A DNA stretch of 63,155 nt, counting the filler, from Octopus bimaculoides (lineage: Eukaryota), in NCBI RefSeq assembly GCF_001194135.2. It is 7 parts of 6 records of this genome, joined end to end, with 100 filler letters (N's around TTAATTAATTAA, not from the genome) between each part and the next. Parts side by side here need not be neighbours in the genome. Positions count along the whole stretch, not along the records: positions 36,924 to 51,194 come from NC_068984.1; 6 more parts are not named here. The stretch is one strand, 5' to 3'. The notes below the pieces were generated by a model. It was given only the letters and a program-made list of their open reading frames with translations. It was not told where the DNA came from and did not search any database. This document shows, piece by piece, positions 37,246 to 50,788 of the stretch. Position 1 is the stretch's first letter, and each line of letters starts with the position of its first letter. A program made the translations under genes and the position numbers.

Positions 37246-39638
37246 GTTCGTTAGATTGTTTTTTTTTGTTTTGTGTTGTTGTGTTTTATGTTTTTGGATT
37301 CATTCCCACTGCACGCTAACCTAAGCAACTCTCTGAGACTGACCAAATGCTTTTGTAAATTATTTCAGTTAGTGGAAACTAGATAGAACCCCATCGCATG
37401 CATGTGTCTATGTGCAGACATACATATGCTGGACTACTGAGAAATCTGCTGTTACTATAACCAGATTACAAGTTCAGGTTTATACCTGCAATTACTGGGG
37501 CACTGGAATATGTAACACACTGCCTAAATACCAATCGTGAGAAATTAGGTTTCTCAAAACCAGAAAGAAGAAAGCTGATTCAAAGACTACAGAGTCAAGC
37601 CATCACTGGAATTGTAAAAATTTGTAAAACATTTCAGATGTTTATCATTTATGTATATATGTACATGTATATATGTATATATGTATATATGTATATATGT
37701 ATATATATATGTACATGTATATATGTACATGTCTATACATGTAAGTATATGCATGAGAATGCATTTATAAAACAAAACATACAAATTTGCACATGCACTA
37801 ATTCCAAATACTGCATATATATGCACATATGTGCACAAATACTCTGTTGATATTCTTGAAATTCCAATTTTTGGGATTTGAGTTAGTTAGAAATTCCAAT
37901 TTCTTGGATTTAGGTTAGAATCCAGCTCTTTTTATATTCGTAAAAAATCTTGAAAAAAAAAATTAATAATGACATACTTAGAATATTTATTTTTTTTGTC
38001 AGGTCAGTCCAGAATAATAAGAGATTGACTTGATCCAAATAAGAATGCTTTGATATTCAGAATTCTTTCTTTCAACAGTCAATACTAAATAGACACACAC
38101 ACACACATGCATATGAGTGCATATGTGAATGTGTGTGTAAGTGTCTTTGTTTCCTAACCATTTGACAACCCAGTATTTATTTACATCCCCATAACCTAGC
38201 AGTTCAGCCAAAAAAAAGCAATAGAATAATATCTGACTAAAATACTAATTTTGATTTGTTTGACTAAATCTACAAGGTTAGTGCTCCAGCATAGCTGCAG
38301 TCGAATGACTGAAACAAGTGTAAAGATTGCCAGCAGATTTTGAAATAGCTCACCCATATCAGTTGGATATTTTTCCGTTTCTTCTGGGATTCTTTTTTTG
38401 TACTGCACACTTAAAAATAATGGAGGCAAGCCTTTTCAAGAAAGGAAAAAACAGAATAAAAATTAGTTCATAACTTTTAAATGTTGCTCACCCACCCCAC
38501 ATCTCCTCACATATTACTTTCCCAACAGCCATCACTTTTGAAAAGAAAAACAAATTTCTCCTAATTGNNNNNNNNNNNNNNNNNNNNNNNNNNNNNNNNN
38601 NNNNNNNNNNNNNNNNNNNNNNNNNNNNNNNNNNNNNNNNNNNNNNNNNNNNNNNNNNNNNNNNNNNNNNNNNNNNNNNNNNNNNNNNNNNNNNNNNNNN
38701 NNNNNNNNNNNNNNNNNNNNNNNNNNNNNNNNNNNNNNNNNNNNNNNNNNNNNNNNNNNNNNNNNNNNNNNNNNNNNNNNNNNNNNNNNNNNNNNNNNNN
38801 NNNNNNNNNNNNNNNNNNNNNNNNNNNNNNNNNNNNNNNNNNNNNNNNNNNNNNNNNNNNNNNNNNNNNNNNNNNNNNNNNNNNNNNNNNNNNNNNNNNN
38901 NNNNNNNNNNNNNNNNNNNNNNNNNNNNNNNNNNNNNNNNNNNNNNNNNNNNNNNNNNNNNNNNNNNNNNNNNNNNNNNNNNNNNNNNNNNNNNNNNNNN
39001 NNNNNNNNNNNNNNNNNNNNNNNNNNNNNNNNNNNNNNNNNNNNNNNNNNNNNNNNNNNNNNNNNNNNNNNNNNNNNNNNNNNNNNNNNNNNNNNNNNNN
39101 NNNNNNNNNNNNNNNNNNNNNNNNNNNNNNNNNNNNNNNNNNNNNNNNNNNNNNNNNNNNNNNNNNNNNNNNNNNNNNNNNNNNNNNNNNNNNNNNNNNN
39201 NNNNNNNNNNNNNNNNNNNNNNNNNNNNNNNNNNNNNNNNNNNNNNNNNNNNNNNNNNNNNNNNNNNNNNNNNNNNNNNNNNNNNNNNNNNNNNNNNNNN
39301 NNNNNNNNNNNNNNNNNNNNNNNNNNNNNNNNNNNNNNNNNNNNNNNNNNNNNNNNNNNNNNNNNNNNNNNNNNNNNNNNNNNNNNNNNNNNNNNNNNNN
39401 NNNNNNNNAGTTTCTGCATTCTGAAACATTTGGAATTCACATTTAGAACAAAAATTATTTTTTTGCTTACTTTTGCCATGTTATATAAAAACTTTTTTTC
39501 TATATGATATAAAAATTGAAAGATAAGAAAAACAAAATATATTAACACTTATTTGATTTACGCTAATATAATTTCCATCAAATTTAATTTTATAAACCAT
39601 TTTTTCATCTTCCATAAAAGAGAAACATAAACAAATAT

Positions 39639-40042
39639 AGGCGCAGGAGTGGCTGTGTGGTAAGTAGCTTGCTTACCAACTGCATGGTTCAGGGTTCATT
39701 CCCACTGCGTGGCACCTTGGGCAAGTGTCTTCTTCTATAGCCTCGGGCCGACCAAAGCCTTGTGAGTGGATTTGGTCAACGGAAACTGAAAGTAGCCCGT
39801 CGTATATATGTATATATATATATGTGTGCATGTGTGTTTGTGTGTCTGTGTTTGTCCCCCTAGCATTGCTTGACAACCGATGCTCGTGTGTTTATGTCCC
39901 CGTAACTTAGCAGTTCGGCAAAAGAAACCGATAGAATAAGTACTAGGCATCCAAAGAATAAGTCCTGGGGGTCGATCTGCTTGACTAAAGGCAGTGCTCC
40001 AGCATGGCCACAGTCAAATGACTGAAACAAGTAAAAGAGTAA
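39639..40042 (+). mobile_element. Complete SINE family A copy (tRNA-like head, CORE-like centre, internal microsatellite, 3' module)
   Basis: A box TGGCTGTGTGG and B-box-like GGTTCATTCCC; possibly related to the octopus OR2 CORE-SINE (inference). Confidence 0.9.
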
Positions 40043-40139
40043 ATAAATATTCTGATTTACTTAAGACAGGGTGCTGCCCTGACAAACCACAACATTTTTT
40101 TGTAGGTTTTATTTATTATTCTTTTTTTCTTGTTTATAT

Positions 40140-40850
40140 ACACTATGTGATCAAAAGAATCCAGACACCCACCTGATAATAAAGTACAAGTTTTGGCCAG
40201 CCTCCATCAGGAACACTGTCAATCAATATGGTGTTGGTCCACCATTAGCCTTGATGACAGCTTCCACTCTTACAGGGAATACTTTCAATAAAGTGGCGGA
40301 AAATTTCCTGGAGAATGGCAGCTCATTCATTGCAGAGCACCAAAATGAGCAAGGGTATCAATGTGGGTCACTGTGGTCTAACACGAAGTCGGCATTGATG
40401 GGATTAAGACTGTGTGCAGGCCAGTCCATTAATGAGATGTTGTTGTTGTCAAACCACTCCCCTACAACCCCTGCAGTATGGACAAGTGGTCAGTCGTGTT
40501 GAAAGACACAATAGTCATCCCCGAACTGATCTTCGATGGTAGGCAACAAGAAAGTGGTTAAAATATCAGTGTAAACTTGTGCTATGACAGTGCCATATAA
40601 AACAACAATGGGACCAAGTCCCTCCAGGAGGAATACAACCACACCATGACCCCACCATTGCCAAATTTCAGTCAGCACTATACAGGTTGGTGCATATTGT
40701 TCACCAGGCATTCTCTACATCCACACCCTATCGTCAGATCGCCACATTTCGCCGTTTTACCCTTCAAGCTTCTTTCATTTCTCCACTACAACGATGACAT
40801 GGTGCAATATTTTCATCATCTAAAAGGCCATTTCTTCGTAAAAATGTAAC
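40140..40850 (-). mobile_element. Tc1-like (DD34E) transposon 3' fragment
   Basis: LEGLGPIVVLYGTVIAQVYTDILTTFLLPTIEDQFGDDYCVFQHD followed by decayed WPA.S..LNPI; TIR-like TACACTATGTGATCAAAAG at ~40140. Confidence 0.8.
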
Positions 40851-42799
40851 TGCCTTCATCTTGTCGCCGATCACATTGTAAAAATCTTTAGCCAGCATTT
40901 TAAGGGTTTTTAGAAATTGAAAAGTAAACTAAAATGTAACCTAAAGTAATCGCCCTTTAAGTTGTAGATCACACGTCAAACTAGCACTAATTCAACTATA
41001 GTCGTTCAACCTGCTAGAAATAGCAGCCAAATCTACCTCTAAATTCACCCTGTTATTATGAAAAAATGCGAGTGCTTTTTATTATAAGTCTGTTCATCCA
41101 GCACTGAGCAGGAACGAAACAACAACACATGCACAAAGGACATGTGAATTTGTGCAAGTTACATGAACATGTTACCTGACAAAAATTGTTTCAAAATAAA
41201 TAGCAAAATATTAGTGAAAGGTGCAAGGGAGATAATCTGGATCTTATTAGTTAACTATTCTTATTGTGTGTAGGTGTGTGTATCTTTGTCCCCACCACTG
41301 CTTGACAGTTGGTGAGGGAAATTTGGATACTATTTCTTAGAGGCTGAGCTGTTATGCAGAGCAGAACTAAGAGACTTTTGATGAAAAACCTTACAGTGGT
41401 ATATTACGAATGAACTACATTCTAATATATATCCTTTATTTAAGGTGGGTTATTATCTGTGGGAGATTTGGCTGTTATATTCAGCAGAAGCTTCCATGCT
41501 TGAACATGAAGACTAGGCAATATACATCGATGTCATCTTCCTTGTTAAATAGTGATACAGCAGATAACTACTCCGTCTGCCCCTTTCTCATTCCTTTGGA
41601 AAGGTGACTCATTTACGAAGTGGTGTGAGATTTGCTTTATTTAGTGAGGGTAGGATAGGTAGTGAGAAGAATAGCTAGCACAGTTTCCGCTACATACATT
41701 GATGTACTTGATAACATCATTATAGTAAGGACGCACTAGACATTGGTTTGGCGGAATCATTAGAACATCATCAAAAATGCTTTGTTCAAATTCCTCTAAA
41801 GTCAACCTTACCTTTCACTCATCCCGGTGAAAATAACATACCAGTCAAGTGTTGGAGTCAGTGGCACCAAATGATTCCTTCCTCTCCAAATTGCTGATGT
41901 TATGCCTAAATTAAAACAACATTCTTAAATGGATATACTGTAAACATGAATAGATAATCAGAATTAGCAACAAACATTCACCTCTAATTTAAACACTTAT
42001 TTCAAATTGTATAGACATAATATATATTATACTATATTATATTATATTATATTATGATACTAACTGTGTATTTATGATAATCTTATTTTATTATTTTTAT
42101 ATTTTCAAATATGTAATTATAATTTTCTTCATATTAGATTTAACTTAAAAATTTTATTTTGCAATTTTGAGTTGAATTTTATTTTCCAATATCTTATTAA
42201 ATTTTTTTTGCACTATGGTTAACTCAAATTATATTTTATTTTTATTTTTAATTTTCAATATTTGTATTATCCTTTTTAAAAATTTTATTTTGTAATATTA
42301 ATTCTAATTCATTTTCAAATATTCGATTGCAATTTTTAATTCATAATATTTGATTGTATTTTGTTATATGGCCAGCTTGTTTGATAAGATGAACTAAATA
42401 TAATAATTTTTTACATTGAAGTACCTCAACTTATATTCTTTTTTAGATTATATTTGTAAATAAGATAATATAAGCACGGGCATGGCTGTATGGTAAGAAG
42501 CCTGCTTAGTAACCAATGTTGGTGTGTTTACACCCCTGAAACTTAGTTCAGCAAAAGATACTGTCTTTATTTTTGTACTTAATACTTTAAAAACCAGTTG
42601 GTAGGATATTGGTACTAATTGAAGAAAATAGCACTGAAACCAAATATCTCAGAGGCTGCACATGGTAGATTTGAGAGCCACATGTGGGTCCCAATCTGCA
42701 ATTTGGCCACTTTGGATTTTTATTATATATTTCTATTGCAAAATAAAAGACTGAAGAACTTTGCCGATTAACTTTGAGTATACTTGTCTCATCTTGTAG

Positions 42800-42941
42800 A
42801 GAGGTTGATAGCGATGGAGATGAAGCTTACAGCTCTGATGATGGAGATGAGTATATAGGCCATAGGCTGTGGTACATTATCAAGCTGAACATCCTCCAGG
42901 GTCCTCCAGAATCCATTCTACATATTTCATGTCCTTGTCAG
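42800..42941 (+). CDS. CFAP47: CFAP47-like exon (phase 2 to 0)
   Basis: tacttgtctcatcttgtag| acceptor, cag|gtaaga donor; EVDSDGDEAYSSDDGDEYIGHRLWYIIKLNILQGPPESILHISCPCQ (acidic linker plus WY...PGPP motif). Confidence 0.85.
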
Positions 42942-43514
42942 GTAAGATTTTTCAACCATTGGTCTTAAACTGAAAGCTGTCTTGGAGTCTCTGCCAGTAA
43001 ACACATATACACACACATACACAAGTAAATTGCATTCAAATATAAGTGGTTGAACAATCAATCTGGTGACACTTGTACCACTAGCATCCTTCTACTTTTA
43101 TATCCTACATGACCATTTCAATCAACAAAAATTTGACTTGCTATTTACTCTACTTAGTCCCTTTCTCTCCCAAATGTTTCCCCCATTTAGCAACTTCTTA
43201 AATATTATTTAGATGCTTATTTCTTTATGGATATTATATATATATAGGGTGCTTGTCTTCCTTGTCGGCTCATTAAGGTAGTGCTTCTGTGGCTATTGAG
43301 TTTTGACTCTTATTTCTAGCAATACTGGTGCTGATTAGTGCCCTTTGTTCACATTAGTGACAAATATATTTCTTCCTTTAGGTTGTAAAATTGTTGAGTT
43401 AGCCACCCATATTATTTATATATATATATGTATGTATATATATNNNNNNNNNNNNNNNNNNNNNNNNNNNNNNNNNNNNNNNNNNNNNNNNNNNNNNNNN
43501 NNNNNNNNNNNNNN

Positions 43515-43547
<33 letters not shown>

Positions 43548-44352
43548 TTCCACACCCTAGCGGTTGAGGGAACCTGTGGAAGAGGTAGACCCAGGAAGAC
43601 ATGGGATGAGGTGGTGAAGCATGACCTTTGAACATTAGGCCTCACCGAGGCAATGACTAGTGATCAGGACCTTTGGAAATATGCAGTGCATGAGAAGATC
43701 TGGCAAGCCAAGTGAGACCATAATCCGTCATTGGACAATAAACTCTGCTTCTAAAGACCTGTCGAGGCAAGTGAAATCAAAATCGAAATCGAACCAAATT
43801 CGACGACTGACACCCATGCCAACCTCTCTTTCATCGGACACTAAACTCTGCTTGTGAAGACCTGTTGGGGCAGGTGAAATTGAAATCGAAATCGTAATTG
43901 AACCATATTCAATGACTGGCACCTGTGCCAGTGGAGCACTAACAGCACCGTCCAAGCATGACCATTGCCAGAGCAGCTGTCTGGCTTCCATGCCAGTGGC
44001 ACGTAAATAGCACCATTTGTGCGTGATCATTACCAGAGTCACCTTACTGGCACGTTAGAAAACATTCGAGCGAGGTCATTGCCAGTGCTGTTAGACTAGC
44101 TCTTGTGCAGGTGGCATATAAAAAACACCATTTTGAGCATGGCCGTTGCCAGTACCACCTGACTGGCCCTCATGCTGGTGGCACGTAAAAGCACCCTCTA
44201 CACTCTTGGAGTGGTTGGCGTTAGGAAGGGCATCCAGCTGTAGAAACTCTGTCAGATCAGATTGGAGCCTGGTGCAGCTATCCGGTACACCAGTCCTCAG
44301 TCAAATCATCCAGCCCATGTTAGCATGGACAGCAGACGTTAAACGATGATGA

Positions 44353-44354
<2 letters not shown>
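43548..44354 (+). mobile_element. RTE-clade LINE 3' end (ORF C-terminus plus repetitive 3' UTR, (GAT)n tail)
   Basis: LAVEGTCGRGRPRKTWDEVVKHDL*TLGLTEAMTSDQDLWKYAV (RTE GRGRP..W motif); tail ...ggacagcagacgttaaacgatgatga. Related tails at ~52480-52635 and ~56250-56535. Confidence 0.85.
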
Positions 44355-44383
<29 letters not shown>

Positions 44384-44619
44384 ACATTATCATTGTTTAA
44401 TGTCCACTTGTACATACTTGAATGCGTCAGACTGAATTTGTTGATACAAATTTTCAACAGTTGGATGCTCTTCCTGTTTCTCACTCCTCATCTGCTTCTA
44501 AACAAGGTAATATTTCACCTTGGAAGATAGGAAATAAAAAACATCACTTGTATGACAGTGATGCTCATTTACAATCATCACATGCTGTCAAGACAGAGGT
44601 ACAAGCCAAAATACACATG

Positions 44620-44657
<38 letters not shown>

Positions 44658-44929
44658 CAAGTGGGTGGACAAATAAAAGAAAAGAGCACTCAACACATTT
44701 AGTACGTGTTACATGCATTATTATTTAAAGCAGTTTGATTTGGCTCCACATGACTTAAAGTTTTGCAAACCTCTGAGAGAAGCTTTAGGAATGGTCATTT
44801 TTTGCTTGAAGACCAACCTTGTATGGGGCTGCTTTCAACCTCCCGAACAGATGAAAACGTCTTGGAAATTCATGAACTGATGTTGGAGAACTGTTGACAA
44901 ACAATTGATGAACTTGTTGATATGTCTAG

Positions 44930-45329
44930 TGTGTCCTGAAGCTCTTGCGAGGAATTGTGAATGTAAAGAGTTCCAGTAAAATTTGTGCTTTGCTTGTTCT
45001 TGAAAGATCAAATGCAGTCATGACTGAATGCATGTTGTGAACTAAGAGAACAGCTAGAAGTTGATCCAGACTTTTTTTTCGAACACTATCACTGGTGATG
45101 AAAGCTGGTACTACAGAGTTTGCAGATGTGGAAGAGGTGAAGAAAAAAACGACGGAGCTGTTAAAAAACATCACTTTACAGAAGTTCCAGGACTGCTTCA
45201 AACAGTGGAAAATGTGCCTGGACCGATGCATAATTTCAAATGGAGAATACTTTGAAGGTGATAAAAGTGTAAACTAAATGAATAAAAAAATATTGCACAA
45301 TTCTGGTTTCTTTTGGGTATCTCCTCGTA
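44930..45329 (+). mobile_element. Internally deleted mariner
   Basis: ...DPDFFSNTITGDESWYY fused directly to FADVEEVKKKTTELLKNI...WKMCLDRCIISNGEYFEGDKSVN*; right TIR ...ttttgggtatctcctcgTA. Confidence 0.85.
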
Positions 45330-45533
45330 AGTTGAACTGTAAAATTCCAAAACAAATAGTGCAGTATGTATATTGTATCATAAACATTTGTATGAAACTT
45401 AAATCATAAATTTCTGTATAATTTTGATATAAATATGGTATAAAAAATGTCGCAAATATTCTCAAAGTTTGTCAAGGAAAACCTTTGCAATCACTAATAT
45501 TTAATTTTAAAAAAAGCAATTGAATACAGGCAG

Positions 45534-45609
<76 letters not shown>

Positions 45610-46231
45610 GAGAGAAAGAGAGAATTGCTAGGAAAGAAAATGAAAGTAACAGAGTGTACAGGGAGAGACAAAATGTATTAAATGAAATAACAGAGGAAGG
45701 GATACAGAGTTTGTTTGTGAGAGAGAAACAACGATGACCTAGTGAAGAAAATTGTTGAAGAAAAGAAGGATGAGGATAAGAATGGGTGAGATAAAGTCAT
45801 AAGAATGTAGAAATAAAAAAGATAATAGCGATAGACATGGTAAACAAAGATACAATGAAAGAAGAGAAAGGGAAAAAGTGTATTGCTAGGAAATACTAGA
45901 TGAAAAGGAATACAAATGTAAGACATTAAAAAATACATATTGCAGTGAATAAAACTGTTGTATATTAGTGTGTAGTTGAAATGCTCAATATTAAAAGTTC
46001 TCCAATACCACATTTTAATAAAGAATATATTAAAATTGGAATTTATAACAATTTTCTAAACAGTGAAACTTTTAATAGTTACTTTCTTTTAGTAAAAGTT
46101 GCATATTCAAAATTAGTTAATAAGCAGCTTTCTTTAGTATAGTATATATATTCTCTAAATACATACTTTTGTCCTGTTTTGCTTTTTCTCCCTCCCTCAA
46201 ACTGTCACTTTTTCTTTCTCTTTCTCTCCAG

Positions 46232-46407
46232 GAAAGCAAATTGATCAAAGTTCCTGTTACCAATCCGATAGATGAGGAATTATCCCTTCAGACAATAATA
46301 GAAGGTCCCCACTTAACAGGACCATCTTCAATTGAACTTAGTGCTGGTGAAAAAGTGACCTATCTTTTGACATTTTCTCCTCAAAGTATCTTGCACCAAA
46401 AAGGCAT
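46232..46407 (+). CDS. CFAP47: CFAP47-like exon (phase 0 to 2)
   Basis: Long pyrimidine tract and ccag| acceptor, at|gtaagt donor; ESKLIKVPVTNPIDEELSLQTIIEGPHLTGPSSIELSAGEKVTYLLTFSPQSILHQKG. Confidence 0.9.
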
Positions 46408-46546
46408 GTAAGTAGAACTACCATTTAGGTATCTTCTCTCCTATGTAACTGTGAAACTGCTATGCAAACCTACACTGCAATGCTATACATTGTGTGTTAC
46501 CAATTATTCATATCAAGGTGTTACAGTAAGATAGTTGATATATATG

Positions 46547-46581
<35 letters not shown>

Positions 46582-46586
<5 letters not shown>

Positions 46587-46682
46587 AGTATATTTGCCAT
46601 TTAAATGTGGCTGACCCCTAAGGGTGGATGTTACTGTTGCTTTTAGCCCCAGGAGAACATCTCCTCCAGCTGGCTTAGCGAC
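46582..46682 (+). mobile_element. Family E short element adjacent to (TA)n
   Basis: gtgaagtatatttgcca..aaatgtggctgaccc...agccccagga.acatctcctccagctgg shared with 60930-61025 and 61355-61405. Confidence 0.7.
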
Positions 46683-47174
46683 ACATATCTGTGTCCTGTC
46701 TATATATATATATCAGGAGTGGCTGTGTGCNNNNNNNNNNNNNNNNNNNNNNNNNNNNNNNNNNNNNNNNNNNNNNNNNNNNNNNNNNNNNNNNNNNNNN
46801 NNNNNNNNNNNNNNNNNNNNNNNNNNNNNNNNNNNNNNNNNNNNNNNNNNNNNNNNNNNNNNNNNNNNNNNNNNNNNNNNNNNNNNNNNNNNNNNNNNNN
46901 NNNNNNNNNNNNNNNNNNNNNNNNNNNNNNNNNNNNNNNNNNNNNNNNNNNNNNNNNNNNNNNNNNNNNNNNNNNNNNNNNNNNNNNNNNNNNNNNNNNN
47001 NNNNNNNNNNNNNNNNNNNNNNNNNNNNNNNNNNNNNNNNNNNNNNNNNNNNNNNNNNNNNNNNNNNNNNNNNNNNNNNNNNNNNNNNNNNNNNNNNNNN
47101 NNNNNNNNNNNNNNNNNNNNNNNNNNNNNNNNNNNNNNNNNNNNTATATATATATATATATACATATATATATG

Positions 47175-47218
<44 letters not shown>

Positions 47219-47821
47219 TAGACAGACAGACAGACAGACGGACAAGTAAGGCAGACAGAGCAGGACTCTGCTTTCTTTCTTTCGCTCTCTCTTTCTTTCT
47301 CTCTCTCCCTTTTTCTTTCTTTCTTTTTGTAGAGTTTTCAATTTAGCCCTTTTTTGTAACACCTTGGGCAAGTGTCCCCTACAGTATTGTCAGGCTGACC
47401 AATACCTTGTGAGTAGAATCAGTAGATGGAAGCTGTGAAGAAGCCTGTCATTTGTGCGTGTGTGTGCGCGTGTGCAGGTGCATATGTGTACGCACATGTG
47501 TGTGCCTGCATGTAGTGATATTGATTCTATGTGCCTTTTTTTAGCATCACATATCAAAGGCAGTGATGTTGCTTACATGTTTTAGTAAGCAAAAGTCCTA
47601 TTGTTTTAAGTAACTTCATTGCTGTTGATGTGTGAGAACCAGCAGACAAAAATACCAATAACTTCCTTGGAAACCAAAGGTTGGCGACAAGAAAGACAAG
47701 AAAGCTGCTTCAATAAGACTTATCTAACCCATGCCAGCAAAGAAAAAGATGATGATGATGGTTGTGGTGATGGTGATGATGATGATGATGATGTATTTAC
47801 ACATATTTCATTTCTATGCAG

Positions 47822-47929
47822 GTTAAAATTCTTCAATCAAAACTTTGGTGAATTCTGGTATGATTTGGTCCTCGAGAGTAAGCCCCCTTCGCCAGTGAAT
47901 TTGTCTTACATGCAGTGTCAATTAGGAAT
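47822..47929 (+). CDS. CFAP47: CFAP47-like exon (phase 2 to 2)
   Basis: tttctatgcag| acceptor, at|gtaagt donor; (M)LKFFNQNFGEFWYDLVLESKPPSPVNLSYMQCQLG (EFWY.L.L...P.P....QC.LG). Confidence 0.9.
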
Positions 47930-47941
47930 GTAAGTTGCTAT

Positions 47942-47985
<44 letters not shown>

Positions 47986-49271
47986 TCATTTGTGTTGCAG
48001 ATGCTTTACTACTTAGTTTATTGGGGTGGGTGGGGCCTTGTCCTTGTCATTGAAATATCTTTTGATGCTTATTCACTTTGGCTTGGTTTTCAATTTTCCC
48101 AGGTTGATAAAACAAGTATTAGTCAATAAAAGTGGTGTCAATGTAAATTGATTATAACCCAGAAAATATTCTCCCAGATTAACCACAAATTTAAATGAAA
48201 ACAGAAAAAGGACAAAATGATATGGGTTTTATTTCCTCATTTGTTTTGTTTGCTTTCATGTTCTATGTTTATATATGTGTGTGTAAGTGTGTGCGATATA
48301 TGATGGAATCTTCCATCGAAGACAATATATGACTATTTGGGTTTTGCTGAATGGCCTGCTCAAAGGATTTGTTTATAGCAATCAAATGTATTCACTCACT
48401 TCATCTAATTGACATTTGCCTGCACCGGTGTAATGGTGTACCACATGTCAGGTGTCAAAACGATTGCAGAGCAATGTGAGAGAAAGTGTTTTGCTCAAGA
48501 ACACAGTGCACTACCCTGTCCAGGAATTGAACCTCAATCTCACAATCATGAGTCTAACACCCTAATCAATAGGCCATACACCCTCACACACACATGTGTG
48601 TGTGTGTATATACATATGGTGGAAGTCAACTGATGAGACCGTGAGACCACTTCCTAACCCAGGAAGCCCATTCAAACATTCCTGCAGTGCAAGAAGTTCC
48701 TTTGCATGAATTTCAATTGGACAGATAAAATGCTGCACAACACTGAACCCACTGTTCATTACAATCAGCTAAAAAACCCGAGGCACCATAGAGCCTGAGA
48801 TGATTAGAAATCAACTGCACTTTAAGTTTTTATACTAGGTTACCTTTTCCTAGAAGGAAGTTCTAACAAGAACTAAGGTTTTCATTTTCTCCCAGGGATT
48901 CATACTAGTTAATCTTTAGCTGAGACCCTAACAGATGCTACTACTCTGGGTCAGAATAGACTTGGAGACAAATAGTGGCAAAGAGGTGGTTCTATGCTTC
49001 TGAAAACCCTGCAACTCCCATACCTGCACTTCTAGCAGAAGCAGTTTAAAGTCATACCCAGGCCCTACACATGCACACACGCACACACGCACGCATATAT
49101 ATATATATACTCTGAAGTAGAGAGCAATGTCCATATGTGTTAGAAAGCTCAAGTGATTTTTACTTTTCATTGCCAAGGAGAATGCTAATTGTCCTGCTTT
49201 GCAATGCATATGTATGTATATATAATCCCTTTTTGTTTCTTTTTTTTTTTTTTTCTTTTTATCTCGAACAG

Positions 49272-49491
49272 GTCTGTATCGCAAACAATTAATTTAACAA
49301 ACAATGCTGACCAATCATTAGATTTGATTCCTGAGATCAGTGACAGCAACTTCATCCTATATGATGGTGGCATCGAAATAAAGAGCTTACATTTGGAACC
49401 TCATTCTACTGTGAATGTGACACTTACTTTTAAACCATCAGTGTTGTCTAGCAGACGTCTACCTTGCAAAGTGATCTTCCACAGCAAACGA
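49272..49491 (+). CDS. CFAP47: CFAP47-like exon (phase 2 to 0)
   Basis: T-rich tract and aacag| acceptor, cga|gtatga donor; (M)SVSQTINLTNNADQSLDLIPEISDSNFILYDGGIEIKSLHLEPHSTVNVTLTFKPSVLSSRRLPCKVIFHSKR (ASH/PapD-like fold; PHST...F.PS motif). Confidence 0.9.
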
Positions 49492-49690
49492 GTATGATTC
49501 CTTTGACTTTTAACTTCAATTTATGGAATTACAATTTTGGGAGGTTTCTTGTGGGTCTTGTTTATTTAGAATTACACTGTTTTTCTAGTCTTGAAAAAGC
49601 CTGCCTTGTAAAATGAGCTTCTGCCATCCAGGAGTTGTTTAACTTTTTAATAACATAATACCATCTATTTAACCAGAGCTATATAATATG

Positions 49691-49780
49691 CCTTTAAAAC
49701 ATCCATTCTCCAAGACTTAGCAAGCATATAGATCACCTTTAAAACATCCATTCTCCAGGGCTTAGCAAGCATATAGGTCA
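49691..49780. repeat. 45-bp tandem duplication
   Basis: cctttaaaacatccattctcca.g.cttagcaagcatatag.tca at 49691 and 49736. Confidence 0.9.
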
Positions 49781-50089
49781 GTTTCAAAGAGAAATGTTGA
49801 CAGTACATTTGTATCATAGCTTATTGTTGCCTCACTCTTATATTCAATAGTTTTACTGCCACAGAAAATGCTTGCCCATTGTTTTGAATGCCTACTCTTA
49901 CATTCATAACAACCTAGTTCAATAGACAACAATAAATATTTACCACCTGTATACTGAAGCTCATCATTCTAGAAACTTTGATATTATTGAGTTTAACTAG
50001 AGTTTAACATTTTTCTCAATGGTTTTGTCTGAAAGATGCTGAATTCATGGCTTTTACAAACTTTCTAAGACTGGAGAGATTGATATGGC

Positions 50090-50390
50090 TGATCAACAAG
50101 TTCATGACTTCAGAAAAAAACACCAGCAAGATTGGAATTCCAGAATGGTGATGTTCTGGGAGAGGAAGAACTGAGTTTAATGGTTAGAGTGTAATCTGAA
50201 GAAGTGAAACAATACAAGGGATCAGAATAAGAAAGATGAGCATGATGAGTTGAGTTAAATTGATTGGAGGTGATACATGATATGTAAGCTTCAAGAATCA
50301 GAGGACATTGTAGTAGCACTTATAGAGGCTGTGTGAGCAGCCTACATCCATGGACCAGAGGTCGGAATGTGTTGATGACTCCATAATAAT
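50090..50390 (-). mobile_element. Possible CR1/L2-like LINE 3' fragment
   Basis: SSSSPRTSPFWNSNL resembles the FFPRT...WN.LP C-terminal motif; heavily decayed. Confidence 0.4.
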
Positions 50391-50737
50391 CAGTCAAGTG
50401 AACATTTTATTTGTATGCAGTCTAGTATGTCTATATGCCGGAGTATGTCTATAACCCAGATGCAGTCTAGCATGTCTATAACTCAGATGTTAGAGCAGTA
50501 TTTCATTGGCACATGGAGGGTGTAGTTCATTACATTCACCCTAGTACTTGTATGAAAGGCCAAGTTGATCATGGAGAGATTTAGACTCGAGTTCTTTATA
50601 GCTGAAAACTATTTCATTAACTTCCAATTCTAAGACTGAATTTAGCTTTTAAATGAATGAAATACTCCTGTTGACATTCTACTCTAGATACAAGATAGCA
50701 AATAATTCATTTTGTGGGTCCATATAATATAAATATT

Positions 50738-50787
<50 letters not shown>

Positions 50788-50788
<1 letters not shown>

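Noticed and set aside
39639-39720. tRNA gene
   Set aside because: Has A/B boxes but no cloverleaf, and continues into a SINE body present in many copies.
42750-42799. Longer 5' extension of the 42800 exon using the AAG acceptor at 42749
   Set aside because: Poor pyrimidine tract and wrong phase for the 37245 donor; the 42799 acceptor fits.
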